The notes under the pieces were generated by a model. The model had not been told where the DNA came from, ran no database searches, and was given only the letters and a program-made list of their open reading frames with translations. From Callorhinchus milii (taxonomy: Eukaryota), in assembly GCF_018977255.1 (NCBI RefSeq), contig NW_024704742.1:16308001-16372000 (forward strand): DNA of 64,000 nucleotides. Direction: 5' to 3'. A program made the position numbers and the translations under genes. The first letter of the stretch is position 1, and every line of letters begins with the position of its first letter. This document shows positions 24,001 through 36,000 of the stretch, in pieces.

Positions 24001-27000
24001 TTTGTTTTTAATTAACAACCTGTATTTTGCAAAGAAATTAATTGAAAGCTACTGTAGGTTTTCAACACAGAAGAGGCTGTTGATCCCATTGGCTCTATAA
24101 AGGTGTTGAGATAAAATAGTGCGACGTTTTTAAAAATAAACTGGCTAGGACTGGCTAGATGGACTACAATGGTGTTTTTTTTGTCCTATTCATTCACGTT
24201 TCTATATTAGCATAAACTCATGCTGGTTTGAATTGTTCACAAGTTTTTTTACTCCTGTAAAATATTTTCTAGGTTGCACCTTCAGGTGTTGGTTGATAAA
24301 AATAAATGCATCGAGGTAATAACAACAATCCTTGCATTTGATATAGTGCTTTTCACATCTTCTAGACGTCTCAAAGCACTTCACAGAACATAGTGCAAAG
24401 TGATTTATTTGTGGGCGAAACGCGGCAGCCAATTGTGCACAGCAGTGTCTCACAAACAGTCGTGGATTGAAGTGACCAATTTTATTATTTTGTTTTTCTT
24501 GAGGGATTAAGTACAACCTAAAATACAACTTATACATTACATTTTATTCAAAGCAATCCCCTGGTAGTGGGAACATTGCTTCCAGCACCAGATCAATCCT
24601 CAATTACCATGTTTATGGAACAAGGCAATACTTTTCTTGCTAATCCTATTAAGTAGCTTGCATTGTAACAAACACGCATTGAAAGTAATAGTAATCCGCA
24701 GTTGACAGGTTTGGCTTTATTTTACAATAACTCAAACATAAATTAATACAAGTTTAGTGATTCAAATTTTACTACTGATTTATCTTCATCGAGAAAAAAT
24801 CTAATGATCACTGAAATGCTTCTAATAAGGTTACCCTCTGATAGTGTACTTACACACAGAGCAAACAAACACCACAAATAAAAGACAAAGCATTACCAAC
24901 AGGGTCAAAAACAGACATTCTGCCGAAGGTTCCAAAATGTGATGCTCAAAACATGGCATTATTTTCTATCGTAGTTTCTTTAGCGTTCTTATTTTTCCCT
25001 CCATTATTGTCCTCCTCTGCTGAAAGCCCTGATTCACACTGAGGTGGCCACCCTTTATTAACTCGCTTAACCCTACCTTCATCCAACATGCACCCACATG
25101 CGTGCGCATGCACCCACGCACACACACACACAAAGTTCCTGAGTGAGGTGAGTTCTAACATAATTTTGCCAGCTTCCACCATTTTATAGATGGCAAATGA
25201 AGTTTAATGTAGGAAAATGCAAAATAGTTCCCTTCAGCGAATAAAGAAGCCGTTTATAGTCTGGGTTCATGACTACTGGCAGCAGCAAAGCAAATGAGTA
25301 TTGATTCTACATAAACAGCTAACGGAAGTGGTCAATCAAGAATTGTCTCTGCATTTTATAACTTCCACATCAGATATGAAGATGATTGCTCTGAATTACG
25401 TGAGTGTAAAAGCACATCATTACTTGGAGGTGGGTTAGTGGAGGCTGTGAGAAATCTGACTTTCCCCTAGTCATCTGTACAATCTGTACAATTCCCCCAA
25501 ATCTTTTTGTGAATCATTGGGGTTGAATTCGTGACTGGTGTCTATCTGTATCTTGCTGGTATAAAATATATTTTATCCCAGCAAGAGGCGGGAGGATTGT
25601 CTCATCTCCACTTGACACCTCATGTGGAATTTAGTTCAGGTGTCAGCTTGGCTCAGTTGGTTGCACTCTCGCCTCTAAGTAAAGCAAGTGGGTTTGAGCC
25701 CCACATTGGGACTTTGAACTCGTAGTCCAGGCTGATTCTCCAGTGCACTATTGGAGATGCTGTCCTTCAGATGAGACATTAAACTGTCGTCTCCGTCTGT
25801 CTGTTCAGATCTCTGTTAACGATCCCTTGGGACTATTCAAAAAGAGAAGAGAGTTTCTCCCACTGTCCTGGGCAACAATCTCCCAAATTAAATTTGTCAT
25901 TCACTTCATTGCTGTTTGTAAAACATTGCTGTGCGCAAATCGGCTGCTGCATTCATCTACAAATATACTGTCCCTACACTTCACATTAAAATCCTGTGCT
26001 TTGAGACATCTGAGATGTGATAAGGTACTTTATCAAATGGAAGGATTATTACTTATATCAGAAACTCAGGATGTGCAGAAAGGTGAGCTACACACATACA
26101 TCTTGCCACTCAAGGGTACATCTTGAGGTTCTAGAATACACATCTCTCGCTCCTTCAATTGAAATGGGACTAAAGAACCTGGAGACCGATAGCAGCAAGA
26201 AATAGTTCACTTGCGATAACGGAACTAGTTCCAAGGTAAACTACGTGGAGTCCTGTAGCTCAGTGGTTAGAGCACTCGCTTTGCAAGTGAGAGACCTGAG
26301 TTCAATTCCAGGCAGAGGGCGAAACCTTGGGCAAGTTTCCTTACTCCACACAGAGCCTAATAATAATCCCTCCAAAACCCAAAACAATAATAAGTTGGTC
26401 ATTTTCAATCTACGACTGTTTGTGGGACATTGCTGTGCGCAATTGGCTGCCGCGTTCGCCCACAAATATTCAAATAGTCAATTCACTTTACAGTGTGTTG
26501 TGTGAAGCACTTTGGGACGTCCTCCCGACGTGAAAAGCGCTATATCAAATGCAAGGATTATTATTATTATTATTACTCCAGCAATTGTAGACGTCACACA
26601 ATCATGCACTGGACAAGACCACAAAATATCTCAAAACAAATCACATCAGGAACATTGTTTTTCTGTTAAAATGTGAAACAACACAAAAATAAAAGTTAAT
26701 CAATGGAAACCAAATAGCATACCTGAATTCCAAGTAGGTTCTTTTATCTCAGTTAATTCAAGTTCAGAGATGCTATCCAGCAAAGGCGTTATTAAAAACT
26801 GTCTTGGTGCAGGACCAGCAAATTCACCACATTTCTTAAAACTAGGCATGACAGCAAGGTTGCTCTTCACTCTTGTGAAAAAAGACCAGGTAAAGATACC
26901 AAAAAGTATGATTATAAGCAGCAATTGCAACAACCTGTTCTATAATTTTCAAGAGTAAGCTACCTTACTGATAAACACATTTGATATCTTCCTAACAAAA

Positions 27001-30000
27001 CAAGACCCACAGCAAGAATTTTGAGTTCATGTTCACTTCAAAACACCGACCAGCACGCAGGAAGCTAAATGGCTATGTATTGATCATCAGTTCACCACCA
27101 AAATAACTTCATACGCACTGAAATATGGCAGTTACCATTTTGAAATGCCGATGGAGCCAGCTACATACATTTGCAGCGAACGCAAAAACAGCGAGTGGAA
27201 ATTGCACCCCATTTTCATGCCCTATTTGGACTCTCAAACCACCCCATTATAATGGAGCTCAACGGTATTTGTTTTATGGAAAGGCAGGTTTGATAGTGTG
27301 GATGACATTTTCTCAATCTATGCTTCAAGTTATGCAAAGAGGTTACAACAGATGAAAAAGTCACCTGAACATTTATTATAAGAGTTCAAGCTCCTATTGC
27401 ACAGTCAACTAGTAGCAGTTGAACTCCTTTCCTATCTCCTATGGCAACATGTTAATTCTCCAATACACTGAGTCATATTTAGTGTTGTATTTCTTCCAGG
27501 TCAAAGTGAGCTGTAAATATCCATTGGTGAAGTTAGTTATTATTAGGATGGTCTCCTAACGGGATAGCAGAATGTCTGGATGTTAAGACATGCCGATCAA
27601 CGATAACTTGGGAGTCTTCTGTCAATCGCAATTTGAATCCTCCCATCTATATCCAGGAGCCCCTCGTGGCTGAATGCAGCCACTGGACAAACAGAAGGCC
27701 CGAGCGAGTACATTCAGCAGCGACCAGCGCGGCATTTTGCCCCGAGTAACCTGGTTTTCATCCGAATTAATTGGCATATTTAAAATAGGTAAGAATACAA
27801 ATGAATTGGGGCCGTGCGTTTTGTTCGATTTACCCGTTTGGGTTAACTGCCTTGGGACCTTGGGACGTCCTCCCGACGTGAAAGGCACTCTACAAATGTA
27901 ATCTTGTTGTTTTTGTTAACTGGCATCCAGCAAAAGCGCACTCCACAGTGTGTGTATAGATATATATATATATATTTAAAAGATGTGGGAAAAAGAACTG
28001 AAAGTAACAAATAAACCAAGACATCTAACACGTCAAATGGGATTTGTAAAAACTTGAAGCATAAAAGTACAATTACCTTTCGTTTAAGTTACAAGCCACC
28101 TGTGAATGAAAGAACAATGTGTTGAATGGGGTACAGCAGAATTATGTTACCTCTAATTATTACCTCTTATTTCCCTTCTTAGCTTAGAAAGTGTTAAATT
28201 TTATGGAAATCTCACATCTACTTTCAACTCTCCGGAACACTGTTGTGGAGAGCCTCCCAGTCCTTCTGGCAGCATCTACAATTCTAGACCAGATGATGTG
28301 AGTTGGGAAATTAGGTCACAGCAGGGAAAGAACCAGTGGAAAACAACAAAATCATTACAAAAAATACGGTTGTTCTTGAAGCTTGACGGGTAGTTCAAAC
28401 TAACACTGAGAGCCTTCAATGGATAAGGGTGAGCTCATTGCGGTTCTCGCACACACTCATGGCGTTTACACTGCAGGTCGCACCAGTCCTAAAAACACTT
28501 ACTCTAAACAGTGCAGGAGTGACGCTTCAGCATGATTCCCATTGTCTGAAGCCGATTATACCTATCAGGCTGAACATGCTTGGACTCTTTCCTCTTGAAA
28601 AGAGCAGGGTAAGGGGTGACCTGATAGAGGTCTTTACAATGATGAAAGGTTTTGATAGGGTAGACATAGGGAAGATGTTTCCACTTGTGGGGAGACCAAA
28701 ACCAGGGGCCATCAATATTAAATAGTCACAAATAGATCAAATAGAAGAAAGAAGAAATTTCTTCACATAGAGGTTAGTGGAAATGTGGAATATGCTACCA
28801 CAAGGAGTTGTTGAGGCAAATCACAAGGATGTATTTAAGGGAAAGCTAGATAAGTACATGAGGGAGAAAGGAATAGAAGGTTATGCTTGAAGGCTTAGTT
28901 GAGGAAGGGCAGGAGGCTCATGTGGAGCATAAACACCGGCATAGACCAGTTGGCTGAATGGCCTTTTTCTGTATAATATATTCTATTTTAGCTGCAAGTT
29001 TAGTAGAATTTCATCATCAAACTCATGGTAATTCATTGCCCAGAGTGCACATTCCAAGCTATCTCTGGGATTTCCATGTGTAGTTGGGATGCATGGAATT
29101 CTCAGTTTGGTTTGGATACTCTTAAGCATGGTGATGAGCTTCCACATGTGTCTATCCAAAAAAAATGCAGCAAACACGGTATACTCAGGCAGCAGGGGAT
29201 CCATAACTCAGCTTTTCATTAATGCGGTTTACTGAATGGTATCGGTAGGGCTTAATGCTTTTTGCAGTGTAAAACCAGCAGGACTCTGAGGGGAATGAGA
29301 TGATGTGCCTTCACTAGGTGCTCTACACATACTTTCAACTATTTTTCATCTTTGCATTGCTTTGAAGAGGAACATGAACAAGAAGAAACTATTCTCCTTT
29401 TCTTTCTCCCCTTTGTCAACCACGTCGCATAACCTACCATTCACTATCCTTTCTAGCAAGATCAAACAAATAAACATTGAGTTAGTGTGGTCAGGTCATT
29501 TCCCTGTGCTAGTCACAGTATTTTCATGAAATCCTCTAAAGAATATTAAGTTAATCTCTGAAGGGCAACACCTGTTACACAACCTTCAATGAAGGTTCAA
29601 AGTGGTGAGAAAACGGTATACAACAGTATACAAGATTTCAGACACACTGGTAAAAAAAAAATCTCATATTTTATGTGTTTTCACCCCCTCTTTCCTAAAG
29701 TTTCTGAACCAGGATGGATTTATATAGAAACTGGCCACCATTCAGTCCATTTCCAAAGTAACCATTCCTGACATTCACGGCCAAGCAACTGGCCAGTAAT
29801 AGCTGACTGTCGGGAGTGTAAGGAGCTTCACAACTCAATACCTACATATTTAAAGGAGGATCATTGGACAGTTTTCAGAAGTGAGAACTCTGATAAATTA
29901 TTTTTTTCTTCCTCTCTTGCTCAGAAGCACAGAGGCAAATTTTAATTGACCAACACGACCTAAAATAACCTCAGATAACTCAGTGAAGACAACAGACCAA

Positions 30001-33000
30001 CATCGAGCCCTCCTTGTTTGTAAGACTTAATTCCACATGAGACAGTGCCAGTGGATAACAACAAACTTCAATCGTCCTTAACCCATAATAAACATGGATC
30101 TGAGCACTCACAAGAGACCTAAATAAAAGTTCATGAACAGGAAGGCAAAAAGCTAATGTTGTGACTGGTAACTTATTTCCAATAACTCTACTGCAGTTCC
30201 TCTTCACAATTTTCATCAACCTGAGTATTTGCACAAAAAGACTTGGAAGCAGCTTTTTAAACAAAATACAATGACTTCCAGTACAATTGGTTGCATAATT
30301 GCTGAAAAGAGTGAATAAGACAAACCTTACCATGAGAAAGTTGATGGGATTGCATTCATTCACCAGTTTCTCGCACTCCTGCAGCTGCTCTACGACAGTT
30401 CTCTGTTGCGATCGCCTTCTCTCCAATCGAGCCTTGCGTTCACACCACTTCCACTCCTTCTCCTTCTGAATCCCATCCAGCAGCTTCTCCTTCTTCAATT
30501 GGACTCTCTTCAAAATCTGATCAAACTTGGTCTTTACCATCTCCTCCTCGTACTCTAAAATGTTCTAAATAAAGGAACACATCAATCGTGCATGTTGTGC
30601 CTATACTTCTTTTTCGATCACCTGAGAATCTGACCCGAGTAGAAACCCAGCACCCAGCTTAAGAGTTTTCAAACTAAGCATGAACATTTCTCTGCCTGGA
30701 ATAATCCTAGCGCGATCTGTGGATGGATGCATTCTGCTCATCAAATTCCAGAAAGTATGAGATTCAGGTTGCGGAGAGTCAAGGCTTGATGACTCCAAGC
30801 CTTGGCATGTTGGGGGTTCTGCCCGGAGTTTAACCAGCTAAAACCACATAGCTTGCCACTGAATTGTAAGCTTTGTTTCTTGTCTAGGTAGGTCAATGCT
30901 ACCTATTAAGTCTTTGGCTTGCAGGTAACAGGACTCAAGTGGGAAGAATTCCTCCCCCTCCAAATCCTGCCAATGGGCCAGGCTGGCTGATCTGTCATCA
31001 GCGGTGCCTCGGAGTACCCTGGACCCATCTGGCTCAGGAACTAGATGACTAAGACCACCACAGAGATCTAACATTCTATTGCTAAACATGTCAACTTGCA
31101 ATCAGTTTCACCATTTACATTCACTAAATTTAAGAAATATAATTGATAAATATCCAACACTTTCTGATGCCTTGAATCAGAATTCTGTCTTGGTCTACCT
31201 ACAGTATGCATGTAATTGGGAATTCAACAGTAATTGGGGAATGTAGCATTTATATGAATTTTATTGATTGGAATGATTCTCACAATCTGAATTCAGTACT
31301 AAAAGTTAATGTGTTGATAGTCTTGTGTGAAATTACTTTCCTGGAAATTTAAGTACGCATTGTAGAAATTCAGCAGATTTACACAAAGCGAGTCATTAAA
31401 ATTGCCCACCTCCACTTCTACCTATCCCCTCAGGACACTAAAACGCTCATCCCTGCCTGCTCACCAGATCCACAGCTCTTCCCTACACAGGCTGTAGACT
31501 GTCAAGAACTCTGTAACATGTGTCCTCTCCTGCTCCTCGAACACATCACCCCATCCTCGTTCAGCTCCACTGGCTCCCCACTCCCTGGTGGATTGAATTC
31601 AAGATCCTCATTCTGACCTCAAATTCCTCCATGATCTTGCCCAGCTTACCTCAGCAACCTCCTTCAAGCCTATCGACTCGGCTGTTACCTTCACTCATTA
31701 AACTCTGGCCTGCTTCATGTTCCCTGCCATATCCGCCCAACTTGTCGACAAGTGGGCTTTTGAGATATTCTATCCCTTATCTGTGGAACTCCTAGCCTGG
31801 AATCTCTCCGACATGCTCCCTCCCCTCATCCAAAGCCAATCTGAAGACATTTGACTGTGCTTTCGGTCATCTTTCCTCTTCCTACCACCCTCAGTTCCAA
31901 ACCTTGCTCGACTGCCCAGACAGCAGTGTCACATGCTTTGAGATATCCCCCTGACAAGAAAGATGCATATTGTATAAAGCAGCAGACAAAATAGATAACA
32001 TTTAACATAACAAAGTGCAGATGGAAAGAGTGATCTGGAACAGAGAAGATCTGGTCCACCTTGCCCAACAATCCAATGGAAACTCTGGGTCAGTATCCTT
32101 AGAAGTCAAGGCACTTCCTACCTCTTTAACAGATGGATTGTCAGAAATTTCAGTCTTCATTCTGTCATTTAATTGCCTCAGTTCCTTCAGGTTATTGAAG
32201 AAAGCAAGCTGAAAAAGAGAGGGAAATGGTTATCCTTTTCCATTTAGCAGGCATGGAATGCAAAACGGCAAGCATTTACTCTGATTTATCTAGCGCTTTA
32301 GGATAAGCATTCAATCTCAACTACATGCCAACATAAATAGGCAACACACTCCCAGACAGGTAATGTCCTCACCAATTTCATCGCCTCGCAGAAATAAATT
32401 TGGGACTATTTTTCCCTTCTCCCAGGCACTGGTGCTACTGTTACCCTCTGTGTTTTATGTGCACATGTGTTTATGTGTTTTTTTGTGGAGTCCTGTAGCT
32501 CAGTGGTTAGAGCACTCGCTTTGCAAGTGAGAGACCTGAGTTCAATTCCAGGCAGGGCGAAACATTGGGCGAGTTTCCTTACTCCACACAGAGCCTAATA
32601 ATAATCCCTCCAAAAAACAAAACAAAAAAAAATTATAATAAATTGGTCATTTTCAATCTACGACTGTTTGTGGGACATTGCTGTGCGCAATTTGGCTGCC
32701 GCGTTCGCCCACAAATATACAGTCAATTCACTTTACAGCGTGTTCTGTGAAGCGCTTTGGGACGTCCTCCCGACGTGAAAAGCGCTATATTAAAATGCAA
32801 GGATTATTATTATTATTACCACTTGATGACAAGTAGGTATCATTATAGCCAGTTCTGATGCTGCGTGTCCCCAAAGTCCAGAAGTGGTATTTGCATAAAG
32901 CTCGGGTGTGGAAGCCCTGGCTGATTTTCTCCTCTTTAGCTGAGAGGTACTGAGGCCATTTGTAACTCCACTTATACATACTTGGCCATAATCAAATAAC

Positions 33001-36000
33001 TTGTCACAGACAAGGAATCAAACTTAGAACCTCTGCAGTGAGTTTGTCTCAACTACTGCTTGCTGAATAAGTAATGCCTCTTTCATTGCTAAAGCTGTAC
33101 CTTTGACTGTATGATTCTATCTCTTGCACTACTTCGAAAGTGTATTGGATGCTTTTTGTACAATAAAGTAGTTCAACTATTAGTCTGATATCACAACATG
33201 TAGGTAGCACTGTAGGTAAAAACACACACATCAAACACTATTCCAGCAAACGCACCAAAAGTACCAACACCAAAGTCATGCATGTTGACTAAAGCATGCT
33301 TCATATAACTGAAGTCCTTTGTCACAAGTTCCATGATATGAATATTCTATCATCTGGAAGTGATGGGATAAGTGAGTTAAATGAAGGGCTTGAAAAGATT
33401 ATTCACAACATGATTCACTATTAGTGACTCAGTCAGTTACTGGGAATTCAGTATTGCACAACAAACTATTTCCCTTCCGTTCCTACAGCGCAGGGTTACG
33501 CAAATTGACTGTAACATACTACCTCTTAATCTTCAGGATTCCTTGTTAAAAATTCTGAGCTGCTACAATATTGATAATTCCCATTGAGAACTACCTTTTT
33601 TTCCCCGATCCCACGTAGTAATAATAGAACAGTATAATGCTAATTTTAAAATTTCAGAGGCTGGACAGTACCCACCACTGCTTCAACTATTAGTTTGTCT
33701 AGGGCACTATTTTTCAGGCTCAAATTTAAATCTATTCAGAAAATCTGTCCTGGTTATGCTACAAGCTTTCAGAAGCAGCTGCACTGCCATTTTCCTCAAA
33801 CAATCAGCAAACTCAGTGAATCTGCATGGTTAGTTTTATTTTTTTAAATTAAAATTAAACCACAATTATAAACAGGAGACTAAAACAAAACTGCTTTCTC
33901 ATCATTGTAGCCAACTGTTGTTGCAGGAACTCACTCCTAATTGCAATGTTTGGGACGTCCTCCCGACTTGAAAGGTGCAATACAAATGTAATCTTGTTGT
34001 TGTTGTTCCCTGCTTAACGTGCCAGATTCAGCCCATTTCAGAGGCAGGTCAGATTTTTATGTCAATCCAACTTCCGAAAACATGGCTTTTGACATCCTTG
34101 TACAATGCAGCTTAAGTGCAGTCACTGCACAGCACATCAGTTACTGTGGAATCATTCTCTTACACACATTGCAATGTGCAACTGACTATCAGGTTGTTTA
34201 TTTATTGTTAGTGCTTATTCCCTCTCACCCCCACCTCATCTAGGATGTCCTCTCATCAACAACAAAATTACATTTATAAAGCACGTTTCAAGTCAGGAGG
34301 AAATCCCAAGGCACTGGACAGTTTAGGGTTTGCACCCGAGCTGGGGGTTGGAATCAAGAGGAGTGGGAAGGTGGCCGAAGGCACGGTCAAGGAGGAAGGT
34401 TTTGAGATGGGCCTCGAAGGAAGCAAGGGAGAGGTGAGACGGATGGAGTTTCCAGAGGATGGGGGTAAAGGCCTGACCGCTGCCAATAGTAGAAAAAAAA
34501 CTGCCAAAAAAAACTCATTAAGAGCGAGAAAATGGAGTATGAGGGTAAGCTAGCTAAGAACATTAAGTCTGATTGTAAAAGTTTTTACAAATATATTAAG
34601 AGGAATAGGCTAGTGAGGGTAAATGTAGGTCCACTTGAGTCAGACGGGAGAAGTTGTAATGGGGGATAAGGACATGGCAGAGTCCCTAAATGGGTACTTT
34701 GCATCTGTCTTCACCCTAGAAGACACAACAAGTCTGCCAACAATAGGGATGTATCAAAGGGATAAGGACAGGGAGCAACTTAGGGAAATTTTCATTAGTA
34801 GAGAATTGGTGCTAGGGAAACTGTTAGCACTAAAAAGTGACAAATCCCCTGGTCCGGATGGCTTGCATCCCAGGGTTTTAAAAGAGGTAGCTTATGAGAT
34901 AGTGGAGGCCTTATGTATGATCTTCCAAAATTCCTTGGATTCTGGAACAGTCCCCATGGATTGGAAGATCGCAAATGTCACACCACTATTTAAAAAAGGT
35001 GGAAAGAAAAAGATACAGAACTATAGGCCAATCAGTCTCACATCAGTGATAGGAAAAATTTTAGAATCGTTGATTAAGGATGTGGTAGTGCGGTATTTAG
35101 GGACACAATATAATTAGGCCAAGTCAACATGGCTTTACAAAAGGGAAGTCATGTTTGACAAATCTCAGAGAGTTTTTTGAGGATATTTCCAGTAAACTAG
35201 ATAAGGGTGAATCAGTGGATGTGGTCTATTTGGACTTCCAGAAGGCATTCGATAAGTTGCCGCATAATAGGTTAGTCCAAAAGTTAAGGGCCCATGGAAT
35301 TGGGGGGAGCATATTAACGTGGATTGGGGAATGGTTAACTGGTAGGAAACAAAGAGTAGGGATAAACAGGTCCTTTTCAGATTGGCGGGTTGTGACTAGT
35401 GGAGTGCCACAAGGATCAGTCCTTGGGCCTCAGCTATTTACCATCTACATCAACGATCTAGATGAGGACATCGAAGTTAATATATCTAAATTCGCAGATG
35501 ACACAAAACTAGGAGGAAGTGTTGTTGAGTTGTAACTTTTTCCCCATTCGTCCCAACCGTTGTCTTACAAACAGACCATACACCGTGGATATATCCAATG
35601 TTGAGATTTAATTGCAATTAAAAGAGCTGATTCAAGAACAGTCAACAGTCTCCCCAGTCTCCCAAGTAGAGCACCTGACAGTCCAAAAGAATGAGCTGCT
35701 TTTGGTCAGTTAAAGCAGCCTTTTTATCCCCAAAAGTGCTCAAGGTCATAAAGCATACAAAGGCAATTAAAAAAAACATTATCAATCATGTGGTTCCAAC
35801 AACTATTCGAATGGTGACGTCAATCAATCTATATCTCTAAACAAGGTTAAATGTCATCTACTTAATTAGTATCTATTCGTGTTGATTATTATACTTTAAA
35901 AAATCAATCAAATATAATTGGCATAAAATATGTACCTGATTAATACCGTTGTCTAAAGTATACAAGATATAATCTAAAGCTATCTAACAAGAATACAACC

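Noticed and set aside
26245..26320. tRNA-Ala(TGC)-like cloverleaf (also at other SINE heads)
   Set aside because: Runs directly into SINE body and tail in many copies and the acceptor stem is imperfect; not a tRNA gene.
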